From Spironucleus salmonicida (taxonomy: Eukaryota), in the NCBI RefSeq assembly GCF_000497125.1, contig NC_090598.1, positions 1,178,001 through 1,242,000 of the forward strand: a DNA stretch of 64,000 nucleotides, read 5' to 3'. The notes under the pieces were generated by a model. The model did not search any database and was not told the DNA's origin. It worked only from the letters and a program-made list of their open reading frames with translations. How positions within the stretch are numbered: position 1 is the first letter of the stretch; each line of letters opens with the position of its first letter. The position numbers and the translations under genes are program-made. Below, piece after piece: positions 48,833-62,131 of this stretch.

Positions 48833-51800
48833 ATGCTAGTTCCACCACAAGAATTAATAAACTATATTAATCAGTTATATCCAGATTTAAATGAAATATT
48901 TCTTCTTCATACATCAATTTGCTTTAAATTAACCTCCCATAAGTAATATACACCATATTATATGACAGCAACTAAATATCATGTTTTATTTTATTCCTAT
49001 CACTAGAAAGATTAGTAAAAGAAAATTAAGACATTTAATTTACTGGACTCACAATTAAAATCAACTACAGTTTAGTCATAAGTTGAGATTTTTAGTTTAA
49101 CTTAAAGTTACTAATTCAAATTTTTATCTGAATTAGAAATTGATACTTGGAGCCAAATTATTAATCTTAAGTTACCTCTATCATTATAAATATAAAATTT
49201 TGGTGATTTTTCAGATCTTTAAGGATTAGATTTCTCATTAAAAAGAAATGAAATATCAATTAATTAAGGTGACTAATTAAGTATAAAGTTAGATTCATTT
49301 TATAACATATTAAGCTCCTAATAATATTTACGTGATACTGATATTAATATTAGGGACTGGTAAAAATAATTGAATTAGTATTTATATGATTTATCATAAG
49401 TAGACCATTTAACAAAATTTGAAGATTCATTTATAATTTTTTAGAAGTTAATTATTAATAATTATACTCATATACCATAAGAAACTGATGAATTATTAAG
49501 AAAGTAGAAGTTATCAGAATAATTTGAAAGCATACTTAATATTTAATTATAATAAATCAATATTTAGTCAAAAAATTCTGTTTTAGTACAAATTTTTAAG
49601 TTGATTGGAGATTTTTAATAGGTTTGCAAATAACAAGTAAAATAAATCATTGATGAATTCACATTGCCTTCAGCTGAATAATAGATTTACGATTGTAAAT
49701 AGGAGCAAATGAATTATAATGAATATGTTAAAAACTTAACAAATGAATAAAAAATTCAATTGGAATAATTTATGTCAGTTTTAGGAGTTACACATGGATT
49801 TAATGCTTATTTAGGTGTAACACCAGAATATTAATAATTAAGATAATAATGTATTATAAATTAATTTACTTAAGTGTAGGATAAGTACTTCCCAGATAAT
49901 TTAATTGAAACTTTCATAAAATAAACTGGTAATATTTGTTATCCTAATTAAAAAGCACCTATCATATAATTTGTAAAAAGTAATATTGAATTTTAGTTAA
50001 ATGTATCAAATCAACATGGCGAACTTAATATTTAAAGAGATAATTTTTAAATATGCTATGATGATTTAGAAGCTATGTAGTAATGTAACTAATAGTATTA
50101 AATATAGAAATAGTTTTTGTAAGATAATTAAAATTTTAATTAATAATTATAATGTGTTATCAATTATTCTGGCTTTTAAGTTTATTGTAGCTCTTAAATC
50201 GATGATAAAAATGTATGTTTGTTGCATGGATTGAATGAAAACTAAGAATTTACTATTAATTATGAAAAGGAGGAAATTATTAATTAAGTATAAAAATATT
50301 TTAATTTAGGCCCAAAAACAAATACAAATAAACTTTTTTGTTAATAGAAATCATTATTTTATTAATAAAAATTTGACACATTTACGGATTCTAAACACTT
50401 TTTGTTATATCTTGCAAGCCATTTAAAAGATGAAGGGCTGAATACTTTTTCTAAACTCATAATTGAAAATAAGCTGGATTTATAGGAATAGTTATAGTAA
50501 ATTTAATAGAAACATATACGGTCAGATCTTCAGAATGTTATCCCCTGGTGCAATAAACTAAGCATAAATATGAAACTATTATAATATGATGAATCGTATA
50601 TTTTGAAGAATCCATAAGAATTACTATTAATGGATTTACCGAGTTTATTTGTAGACAAGATGATGTCCAATTAAACTGTTATGACTTAAGATTAAATTGA
50701 TGCAATGAAACAATATGCTATCAAATTTAAATTACCTGTTAAGTATACTTAAATGATTGATTAATAATACAATCCTGACTTTTTGCAAGATTTCAGGTTT
50801 TCAGATGAAGATGTTACAAAATTGGAAAATTAGATTATTAATCATTTAGAAAGTATCAAATATGATATTGAGAATTTGGATAAGAGTTTATTTTCGGAAT
50901 ATTTAATATATAAATAATAATAGTATGAAAAGTAAGAATCTTTTAAGATATGCATATTTTGGAGCGACATGTATAGGACTTAATATTTACCTTAACTAAT
51001 CTTACTAATTGATCAGATTATAATATAATCAGAGCATTTAGCTATAGAGATAATAGATATATTTAAATATTTCTAAGTACCTTAACATCTGTGGTTATTT
51101 ACAGCTAACTTGAGTCAATTTGTAGAAATTTATGATATAATTCATCTATACATAATTAGTTAGTGTATATCAGATTTATTAAATACCAATTTAAGATAGT
51201 TATAGAGAAAAATTTAATAATTTGGTGTTTTTGACAACTTAAAAGGGTATTCTGAAGAGTAACTATTTTTCACAGTTAATAGTAAGCAGTAGAGATTAGA
51301 TATCATTCAAAATAAAGTTAAAAATTATATAGTTGATTTTCTAAATTAGTTATTTAGTGTTTAAAATTATTCAAAATAGCTTTGGATATAAATATAAGAA
51401 ATATTTACCTTTGATTACGTACAACATTCATATTCTGAATAATATACTTAACAAGTTTTTGATTCTGAATTTGGTTTAGAATTTCATCAATAAACATTTT
51501 AACTATAAATATTATCCCCAGATACCGTTTTTGATTAAGATATGCAAACAGGCAAGAAAATATTAAATAATTAAAGACGTTTACTTATGTTACACTTCAT
51601 TTAATAACTTACTGGAATCAAGTTAAAAGATACATCTTCATATGAATTTTCAACACAACCTTTTGAGATAACCGACATTATTGATATTGAGCTAATTTCA
51701 AAATGCTATAACCCCTTAGAGCAAATATTCACGAAAACCTCAAAATTGACTCAGACATGCGAGTTATTACAACAATAATTGAACCACACTTTCTCTTTGC

Positions 51801-53392
51801 AGTTCATCCAACCCCTTAATGATTCTGAAACTCTCCCAATAACTAACCCCAGGAAATATTTTATAACTACAACTAGTCAAACCTATAGCTAACCTTCTAT
51901 GTACATGAAAAATTTAGCATTTTAGATTTTACTCGACCAAAATCTCTCCAATCATACGAAAATGATTATTGAGGCCTCTTAAGCGTTCTCATACTGGATA
52001 TCCTATAAATTTGCGACCCTTGAGCCCTCCAATTCAGGATTAAAGAACTTCGTGAATTACGTCCAAATAGCGAAACTTTTAGCCTCAGCAGCCTACAAAA
52101 CTACACACATTGCTTCACCGTTAGCTTCAAAAATTCTTACGGATATATATCAGTTATTATATCAAGTAAATAAATTTACTTCAAAATTGACTCAAAATTA
52201 ACTATTAATCTGCAAATAATATGACTATGACATCCCTTTTTGTCTACCAAACAACGCAAATCTGGCTCTCCAGATGGCGCTCAAATCCGTTCCGAATTAT
52301 TACAGTTCGGCGTCAAATTTCGTCATTAAAACGCGGATTTTGCACCTCAAAAACTCGCAAAAAGTAGCGAATTCTGCCGAAAATCAGCTCAAGATTCTTA
52401 AAAAGTTGACCCAAAAAACCCCGTTCTATGCTGAAATTTTAACGCATTCTAACGATTTGAACGAGCTGGAAATCGCATTTAACGGACTCTGGAGCGTCCT
52501 GAACCGGCGCAAAATCGCAATTTCGAAGCTTGAAAACAAGCTCAAATCGGTAGCTGCCAGCAGCAGTTAGCCACGCCGAACTGGTCCTAAAAAACTGTTA
52601 TTGGTCGATATTTAGGGTGAAATTTCGGACAAAATCGACCTTTTGGCCACCCGCAAAATGCTGCTAAATGTGTCGGACGCGGCTTTTTCCAAGGAACTGC
52701 TAATCGCGTTTTTAGAGCGAAAAATCGATTTCTATGCCAATTATACCAGTCTAAACGAGCTGCTCTTGAGCCAAATCTACGAGAATTAGGCTCGTCTGCT
52801 GATGCAAAGCGACGTCAAAAACGTACTTTTCGAGGCCAAAAGTGCGATTTTGAAGGCGGTGAAAATCCGCGCAAACCTGCTCTCCCGAGCTGACTATTAC
52901 ACGCTGCAGGGCGTGTTCGTCCTGGGAAAAATCGACGCCCTGTTGGGCGATTTTCGCGCCTCTTTGAGCTCTTTGGAGTTTGTTTGGACCAATTTGAGGG
53001 CTGTGATGGAAAAATACGATTTAGGTCTCGGAAAAGCGCATTTGATCGACGAAAAAGAGGTCCAAATGTGCATTCTGAAAGCGATTTTCAGCTCTTTTGA
53101 GTCAGAATTTCAGTAGCGAATTCGAAGCATCCGGGCAGCCTCCACCAACGATTAGAATAACCGCTAGGAGCTAACGCTGCTGTTCAGCTAGGCTGACGTC
53201 GTGAATTCGATTTCTGGGTACATTTTTTAAGCATTTCAGGACGGCCAGTTTGACAAAATCAGCTTTGTCCTGAGGTTCATGTAGGGGTCTGATTTGGGGA
53301 CAGAATGTGATGATATAATCGAGGGCAGTTTAGGTGATAACGGGGAAGAGGTTTAGGGCGGTTTGCAGATCGAGGAAGGTGACTGGATTTGA
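48833..53392 (+). CDS. Large protein with N-terminal PH-like domain, possible Clu-like middle and TPR-like C-terminus (1519 aa)
   Basis: HVLFYSY...KTFNL...YQFKFLSELEIDTWSQIIN (PH-like); CVINYSGFQVYCSS and LASHLKDEGLNTF recall Clu-domain motifs; track ORFs 52274 and 52802 are in this frame. Confidence 0.65.
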
Positions 53393-53571
53393 TTAGATCG
53401 TATATAATTTGTTATTGTAATTTAGAATATTGGAGAGGGGGGATAGGTTACTTTATAGAATAAATAATAATAAATTCTAGTAATGGAATTAATACAACCA
53501 ATTTTGTAAATATTTCCCTTGTCGATAGATATTTATGCATTTTCATATTATTTACATTTCCACTTCCATTG

Positions 53572-54222
53572 ATGCTGCCTAACAAAGAATATTACATTTT
53601 TGATTTTGATGGAACCTTGTTCAATTCGCTAGCAGTATTTGGCTAAATAGACAACATGATAATGAAGAAATATAATATCTCATTTAATAGGCATTAGTAC
53701 GAAGATAGAATTGGTGGTTTATCTATCAAAAAGTTTACTGAGTTTTTAACGAAGGAATTTAAGCTAGATGTTTAACCATAGTAAATTTATAAGGATAGAT
53801 TGGATGCTTTTACAGCATAGATAAAATAAATTTAATTTATAGATGGTGCAATTTAATTCTTAAAATTACTCAAAAGCTAAGGCAAAAAAGTAGGAATAGC
53901 ATCAGCCACTGACCCTGACTATTTTAAAATAATAACTTCCACATATCCAGAATTAATAGAATTAACCAACAACACAATTGTGACATGTTATGAAGTTGGT
54001 AAATCGAAACCAGATCCAAGTGTTTATTTAGAATGCTTAAATAGGCTAGGTGGAAATATAAATGATGGAATTGTATTTGAAGATTCTTATCCTGGCATTT
54101 AAGGAGCTAAAGCTAGTGGGATGTTTGTTTGTGGTATAATTAGTGATAAAAGGTCTTTTGAAAAAAAGACTGAATTATGTGATGCTTATGCTGAAAACTT
54201 TTTACAATTTTTAGTTTAGTGA
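53572..54222 (+). CDS. HAD-superfamily hydrolase, beta-phosphoglucomutase-like (216 aa)
   Basis: IFDFDGTLFNS, GIASAT, KSKPDPSVY, VFEDSYPGIQGAKASGM. Confidence 0.92.
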
Positions 54223-54292
54223 GATAATCTATGAATTTATATGTTTTTATTCATTACTATACTTTTGAAAAAACATAAATTAAATTATAAAT

Positions 54293-54751
54293 TCATTTTA
54301 TAGCATAAATTTTATCATACTGCAAAAAAACACTCCAATATGGAGATATTTCCCCAGACCATGATTTTTCTAGTTATTTTTCCAAACTTTATAATATCTC
54401 GTTAAGTTAAAGCATACTTATCTCAATTATTTCCTTTTAACATTTTTGGTTAGCTCTAATTTCTCGAAACACTTTGTAATCATAAACTAAAAAATGGCTA
54501 GTCTTAATATGCCTCCACGGATATTATTCATCTTTTTCTGCCGAATACATAAGTTTGTGTAAAAATTTAGTAGGTTTATCTAAAGTTCTTAGTAAGGAGT
54601 ATATATTTTCATGATACAATTCAGGTAATTACAAAATTTCTAAATCTTCCCGCTTCTATTTAGTTTTCCACTTTATACTCTTAACTTTGATATGATTTGC
54701 AAATTATAGTAGAATTGGGATCAATATTAGAAGAAGTAGATAAAATATCAT
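54293..54751 (-). CDS. Hypothetical protein with N-terminal signal/anchor (152 aa)
   Basis: MIFYLLLLILIPILL...; open to AAA TGA. Confidence 0.6.
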
Positions 54752-54812
54752 TAAATTAGAGAGGATAATATCTATATAATATTTTGTTATTTTATTTTCA
54801 AATTTTTAGATA

Positions 54813-56558
54813 ATGGACTGGAAACCATCAGACGAAGAAATCGTGGAATATGCATAATATCTTAGTGTAGATTTGGATAAAAATCCTTAGTATAAATCTT
54901 TAATGGTTGAAGGACTAACTGCACCTCTACCAGAAGGATGGAAAATAGAAGAAAAGGGAGATGATGTTTTATACATATCTCCAAAGGGATAAAAACAATA
55001 AGATCATCCTTATGATGATATTATTAGATAAAAAATTTAAAGTTAAGTTTAGTAATAATAATCAACTAAAATAAGTAAAATATAAGAAGTTAAAATACTT
55101 AATAAATCGGAGCCACAATTGAAAGCAACATTGTCAGAAATTTAGCCTCTGGCTATATTTAAAAATATATTGCCTACTTAAGATGATATTAACAAAGCTG
55201 CAATATATTTCAAAATTTTAAATATCACCCCATCCCATAAGGTTTTATTAGTGGAATTTTTAACAAATAAATTGGAAGATTGGAATATATTTAAGTATAA
55301 GGATACTATATTTTTTCAAAAGAATAATATATCGTAGTGGTAACATCCACTTGAAGATTAATATCGCAAAAAATTTTTGGCATTGAATCTTTTAGAAACA
55401 ATGAAGGGAACACCGCCAGCAACAACTTTGCAACACACTCCATTGTTACGATAACTGACATAAGATAATTTAGAAACTATTCAAGAATAAGATGAGGTAA
55501 TTTCAGTAATTAAAATGAACTTAGATGATGAATTGAATAAACAATAAACATAAATATAGTAATAGGTATTAAGTGTCAGTGACTTAAATTTAAGCTAAGT
55601 TGAAGCCAAAAAACTTGAAAAATCATAAATTTATCAGTAATTGTGTTAAGAGATGATAAATATTAAAAGATAGCATGCAGAAAATATATAACATGAAATT
55701 TAAGTTCATCGATAAGAAATGGAGAAATTAAAATCAGAGCATTCTATTACTATTGATAGACTTAATAAAGAGAATAAAAATGAAATTGAAGTTAGTTTAA
55801 TTAAGTAAACATAGATTCTTAAGGAATTGCGTGAAAATTTGGAAATCGAAAGTTTGAATCTTAAAAATTTATTTACTATTGATTTGGAAGATATAAACAA
55901 GAAGCACATAATAGAAAAGTAATAATTAAATAATGTGTAAAACGAAACGTAGTGCTTATAATTTTAAATAAAGGAAGAGTAAATAAAAACTTAGAACTTA
56001 TAACAATAACTATTAGAAATTTAAAGCTAAGCTTCCATTATTACTTAATAGTTGATTAAGTTTTAGGAACTATCATAATTATAGATTCCATCACATTTAA
56101 AATCATTATTTGATACGTTGGATAAATAAGTATTAAGAGAGAAGTAAGTATTAAGTGTAGAAAAAGCATAAATTGATGCGTTAATAGCAGAATTTAGATT
56201 AAAAAATGCAAATAAAGCGGTTATTTCGCGCAAAATTATATTATTTAGAGATTAATAGTTTGAAATTCTTCAAAAATATAGCTTGATTGAAATTTTAAAG
56301 AATAGTGTCAAAAGATCATCTTAATAACATAATAAGGATTCTTTTAGCGACTTTCTTCATGAAAATGATACATAAGAATAAAAAGCAATCGATACTATTG
56401 TGGAAATTATTTTACATGATAAATATATAAAGATTAACTAATAAGTAAACGATTAATTAGAACATGTTAATGCCATAGTTAATACACCAACTAGAACACC
56501 TATATATAATGTTACAAATGAAGATTGGTTATGTTAATTTAAAAAAGGGTTATAGTGA
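54813..56558 (+). CDS. CEP164: CEP164-like WW/coiled-coil centriolar protein (581 aa)
   Basis: PSDEEIVEYAQYLSVDLDKNP...EGLTAPLPEGWK...DHPYDD matches the CEP164 N-terminal module; second degenerate copy (DW...SQWQHPLED) follows, then coiled coil. Confidence 0.8.
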
Positions 56559-56666
56559 TTTTAAGTAAAATTAAATTTTGTACTAGTACTACGTATTTTA
56601 ATGATTTAAAGTTTATATTAATTAATATTATATTAAATATTGAGTAAAATATAAATTCTATAAATT

Positions 56667-58280
56667 ATGCTTCTTAATCGTCCCTCAAGAACATTATCTG
56701 CAATTAGTAATAAAGCTGCATTGTAAATAAGCAAAAACTAATTATAACCAGTAACATCAAAAACTACAAAAAGATCTTCATCAACATAGAAAAAATAATT
56801 AAATACTCAATTCGCTTAAAAAGATTTGAATACAGATGAATTATTGAAAAATCTAATCACATTAGATTCATAAATATCTGAAGTAAAATAAATTGGACAA
56901 GTTAAAAAAGATATTACTAAATTTACAAATATTGGTATTTAAGATATTTTACCTATATAAATTAATAATGAAGATAACAATTAAACGTCATAAAAATAAT
57001 AAAATGACGATTAAGAACTTAATGAACATATGTCTGTTGAAGAAAAATTAAAGATGTATCGTAATAACCCACTTTTATTTTAAAAAGTTTTGTTAGAATC
57101 TAAAAAAGTTAAATAACAAGAAATAAATAGATAAAGAGAAGAGTAAAATAAATTTAGATAAAAACATAGATAATAAATTGCGGGAGATATACCAATACCA
57201 CCTATGATTTCTAATTTTCTATCTCATAATAAGAAAGAATTATAATCTGGAAAATTCTAGTATGATAAACTTATGCATAATAGACAGATAAGAGGATAAT
57301 TATTGGAAGCATAAATAGATGATACGTTATCTAGAAAACGAAGATTAGTGGAAGTTGAAGAAACATTAAAGTATCCAATATTATTTCAATAAAAACGGGA
57401 AGTTTTACTACCACGTATTTATGCCCTATAAAAATAAAAGCTAGGAATATATCTTTTTTTAGTATCACGTATATCAGCGATTAATAAATAAACATGTAAC
57501 TATTAAAAGTTAAAATTTGAGAATATTAAAATCACAAATGGATCTAATCTTATTATAAAGTATTACAGAGAGTATGCAAGATTATAAAGAGAGAATAAAG
57601 TTTTTAATGCTAAATTAATCATAACCTAACATCTAAGATATTTTAGAATTAAAAATTAAAAGAATATACGTCAAAAAGCATTAGGTAGTATAAAGTATCT
57701 ATTATTTTAAAATTATAATGATAATGTATTTTTAGCTTCTATTAACTTGTTTTATCAGGTGTAATATGATCTTACTGAATCTCTATCTGAACTTAATATT
57801 AAAAATATGGCTAGAATGCAGATACTAAGAATGTATTTAAAACATAAAATAGATGAAATATCTCTTCATATTTGGATATAAAATAGAGAAAAGTTTCTTT
57901 AGGTTACACTAAAGCGATTATAGAATGATCGAAAAAAATTGAAGGAATTAAAATAATTTATGATTTAGAATCCTGCAGGAAAGATAGTCTAGCCTGAGAC
58001 TTCAGATGACTTTGACCTGCTAAAAAAGCTATAATTTTCGGACATTGAAATTACTAGTGCCGCAGAGGCAATTCTGTACGCGATTCTGAGTACACAGCAA
58101 GACGAGCTGCAGGACCGGTACGTCCAAAATAACAGTCCGGCGCAGTTGAATATCACGGTCGTCAACCTTCTTCCGGACCAGGATACGGTGGAACGATGCT
58201 ATCATGCAGTCAAGGCTAACCAGGATGTGTTCGAGTGGGCCCGATGTAGTGCGGTAGGACTGATGGTTCCCGACGAGTGA
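56667..58280 (+). CDS. Hypothetical coiled-coil protein (537 aa), paralog of 58658-60268
   Basis: Start and stop in frame; shares EEKLKMYRNNPLLFQKVLLES and INLLP/INLIP-type C-terminal segments with the paralog; ends GAG TGA. Confidence 0.75.
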
Positions 58281-58304
58281 TGGCACAAGGTTCACTTGAT
58301 TCGC

Positions 58305-58655
58305 ATGCGAGGGTTACGAATGCCAAGCCTCACACGGCGGCGGGTGGTGTGGAAGTGTTACCTGATCTGGCTCTTCACGGGTGTTTTCGGCGGTCACTAT
58401 TTCTATTGCTTATAATACGAGGCAGGGTTCATCTACCTGTTGACCTTGGGCATATTCCTTTTCGGCTGGCTCGGTGATCTCTTCATTATCCCACTGCTTG
58501 TCTTTTAGGCCAATATGATTGTAGACTAGCGAAATCAGCGTGTGGTACGGGAGGGCATTGGCGCTAATATCAAGGACAACCCTGGGCTGCGAATTCAGAC
58601 CGTACGATAGGTGCGGCCCACTCCCGACGACGGGGATACTGAGTTCGCACGATGA
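58305..58655 (+). CDS. TM2-domain membrane protein (alternative start 58320)
   Basis: CYLIWLFTGVFGGHYFY...GFIYLLTLGIFLFGWLGDLFIIP is a canonical TM2 motif. Confidence 0.88.
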
Positions 58656-58657
58656 GG

Positions 58658-60268
58658 TCATTTATACTCTTCTTCAGGCTAGAGTAGTACGACTTCTTGG
58701 CCATCGAGCCAGTCCTGAAGGTTTTACTTGCGCCGCACGACCCATAGCATCTGCTCCAGGTAAGCGTCGGTCGGAATGAGGTTTATGGTGTTCACATTGA
58801 TGGCGCCTGGTTGCGAATTAAGCAAATAATTCTACTAAAGATCCTCCTGCATGGCCTTGGACACCCGGAGAACATACTACCAGGACATTTCGAGTTAGGT
58901 CTCTACCGGTAACTCTAGCTCAGCGATGCGCGCCTAGTCCTACTCCATAGTTGGTAATACTGGCTTATCAGGCGGATACAGAGCGATAAACTGTTTGAAT
59001 TCCTTGATCTTGCGAGAATCAGCCTAGAGCACGCGCATTTGCCGGGCGATAAAATGGTCTTTTTCTGTCTTCCAAATTTGAAATGCAGAGTTCTTCTAAT
59101 ACCCAAGAAGGTAGCTCATCAGCACATGGACCCTGGCGTTATTTTTTGTGTTTAAGTCATGAACACTCTGTACTATAAGCTCCTTGCTACTGGTGAAGCG
59201 AACTACTGCACCTAGGAAGCATTGTTGGTTGTAGTTCTCAAGAAGGAGCGCCTTTGCCGTCCTTAGTGAGCTAATTCGGTTGTTTTTGTTGCGCCTGTTG
59301 ACGTAAATCCTAAGGTTTCGTGTGATAAGGAATGCTGCTCTGAGTTCAGCCTGCTCTCGGTTGAATTGATGTCGATTGGAGAGACCTCTGAGGATAATCC
59401 CTTTGGCCCAGAGAATTAGGTTGTTGCTACGCTTAATCTTGTCGTATACCGCTCCCACCTGCCGCAAAACAGCAATGCGGCTGGAAAAGAAAAGGTAGAC
59501 TCCTAGAGTATTGCGCTAATTTATAAATATCATCGGTAGTATCGTTGAGATCTTGGGTTGCGAAACATTGTTCTAGGCATCGAACTCTTCTCGCTCAAGC
59601 AGATTTCGCTTCCGGGACAAGACATTATCAATCTATGCATCGGTTAACATCCCCTAATACTATCGTTTTGCCTATAGGCGTGATTTTCGCATAGCATCCG
59701 AGATGTTCTGAGCAAGATTATGTGTCACAAAATTATCAATGAATTTAATCTATGGCAGTCCTCTACAAATCAAGTTACGATGCTGTTTGCGTTACACCAA
59801 GTGATTATTGTACGTATTAATGGCCTCCTACCGTTGGATCTGCTACGACTCAAGTACGAATTTTCGCAAAAGGTCAGGATGTTAACGCAGGATCTTGATT
59901 TTCTCCTACATGGGGATATTGGCGTCCATAATGTTATCATTAGTTGCATTTTCGCTTTGATTTTCCTACGCAGCCTCAGCCTTATTCAGAGATACTGGGA
60001 GAATGTCGTTCAACGAAAACTGCTACTATCTCGCTTCCTTCGGTACAACATTTGACTGCTGTTTTACAGTCTGAATCTGGGACTCGAGTGAGTCCATGGT
60101 AGTCTGCAGCTACTACGTGTCCACAAGCTGCTTTTAAGTGTGGGCGGCATTTTTACGATTATACTTCACTGACCGTGTATTGCTAGAACGATTCTAAGCC
60201 ATGGTTGCTGCAGCTAATTGGTTATACAGTGTGATCGTAGGTGATGGCTTTTGAACCGAGTCTATCAT
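58658..60268 (-). CDS. Hypothetical coiled-coil protein (536 aa), paralog of 56667-58280
   Basis: QEKIKILRQHPDLLRKFVLES; C-terminal INVNTINLIPTDAYLEQML; includes track ORF 59096-59467. Confidence 0.75.
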
Positions 60269-60317
60269 TTTGCGGAAGGGTGTCTAGGCCAATATATTTA
60301 ATGCTGTCTTTAATCAC

Positions 60318-62084
60318 TCATCGCTAAACTATTCTCGGTGCCACTACTGTCGTACTATTCGTACTTCCTACCACCACAGTGTCACCAGAGACTGCTATGA
60401 TACCCAGCTATAGAGCTTGATCAGTAATCGCTGGTTATCCTGCCAGGATAAGGTCAGTGCACCTGAGGGACTTTACTTCTAGATTAGCAATATTTGCAGA
60501 CTTGTAAATAGTTATACCACCACCCAGATCGTCTGTGGTTAATGAACCAATCGTACTGTGGGTAAAGACTCCTGTGGAAGAATTAAGACTGGTTAAACTA
60601 GTCGCGCCTGACACAACCAGATCTCCAGTGAGTGTATTAGCCCCAATAAATGAAAGAGATGTACCTAATTGCAACGCTCGGGTGGTAAAAATTCCCTATG
60701 TTTGAACCACCTAGGAAAATACTAGATTTGGTACAGTAATCCCATCACTGAGTGTGAGGGAACTAGTTTGCAGTGCAGGAGCAGACAGTATAGTTGTTAC
60801 TAGGTTTTCACTATGAAGCGCGTACGTAGTAATATCTATACACTCTAGCGAATCAATCTAATCTTGTATTGCACAGGACCCGGTAAATGTAAAGCTTTTC
60901 ACCGTAAGTGCACCAATATTGGCTGTTTAGAATGCAGTAAGGTGAGAAAATTTCGCGTTAGTAAGCGTTAAGGATGTCGAAGATCCGGTTGTGAATTAGG
61001 CAGATGATATTTCCGTAGCGGCTAAACGCCCATTATTTACTACAATAAATGATGTACGAGCTGTTTGTAGGGTCTTAGTTGCTAGGGCAAAATTAGACGA
61101 TGAGAACTCTGTATCTACAGTGGCTGTATTAGACTGTGCGATATCTGTCTGGATGGACTCTGTTATGATTGATAGCTAAGGTTATTGTTGCGAGTGAAAC
61201 TAAATAGCTGATTGAACTCCGTTCATGTGAACTAGTAAAGAAGTATCTACAATAAGGTCGTCCACAACAAGAGTACTCTGATCTCCAATCATAAAAAATA
61301 GGAGACACATATGTATCAGAAGACCTAACGATATAATAAAAAATAAGGCAAACACGACAAGGCTGGGAACGTTACAGTCCATGGATATTAAGGAATCATT
61401 ACCGAATACCTAGATGAGGTGATGTTTTTCGTCACAATCATCATCTGAATGCAACACTGCCGAGTTATTTAAAACGCAGGTATCCTATCTCTGTACTAAC
61501 TGGTCGTTTGTAACTTCCATTGCAGGAGCTACGCTCTCTGGAAGGAACTCATATGCTGCCAGTATGCTATGAGATGGGTACAAAATCTGTCGCTGATAAT
61601 AGATGATATATTGCACACCGCCATACTAATTAATGAAGAAACTGTCAGTAAGAATCCGAATAAGTTACGACAAAGTCTAGGATTCCAGTACTCTGGTAGC
61701 AGAACCATCCTACAGTGTAAACACTGAACCCGTATCATCAGCAGTTATACAAGTTCCACCTCCAAGAACAATCGCACCAACTTCGTAGCCTTTCGACACT
61801 TGAACCTAAGACGTACGGATAATACGGAGCTATGGAAGCTTACCACGCAGCTTTCCTCCACACTAACATTAAGTACGCGTAGATATAACCGCTACATGTC
61901 CTCTGAAGCCGCATTCAGAACATGCGGCGTTAGATGAAGCGATCTACTCAGCAATGTCCTCTGGAAGCTGGTTCAAGGAATCAGCTAGAATACGATGGAC
62001 AGATGCACTAGGAGTTGGCTGGAATATAAACGGACGTGCAAGTAACGATAACGTATTGGCAAGAGCACGCTAAGGTCCATTCAT
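60318..62084 (-). CDS. Type II membrane protein: zinc ribbon, TM helix, beta-solenoid-like ectodomain (588 aa); paralog of 39263-41167
   Basis: LNQLPEDIAEQIASSNAACSECGFRG-x10-CQCG; TM LVVFALFFIISLGLLIHMCLLFF; LVVDDLIV; repeats IGALTVKSFTFTG, LTGDLVVSGAT, IANLEVKSL. Confidence 0.8.
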
Positions 62085-62131
62085 TTAATTTTTGTCCGAC
62101 TATGATCTATTTGTAAAATGATAATTATTAA

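Noticed and set aside
53483-53572. Short ORF ending in a TGATG overlap with the HAD start
   Set aside because: Single occurrence; a C-rich element (TTCCACTTCC) directly precedes the HAD ATG as in other promoters here, so the ORF is probably not transcribed.
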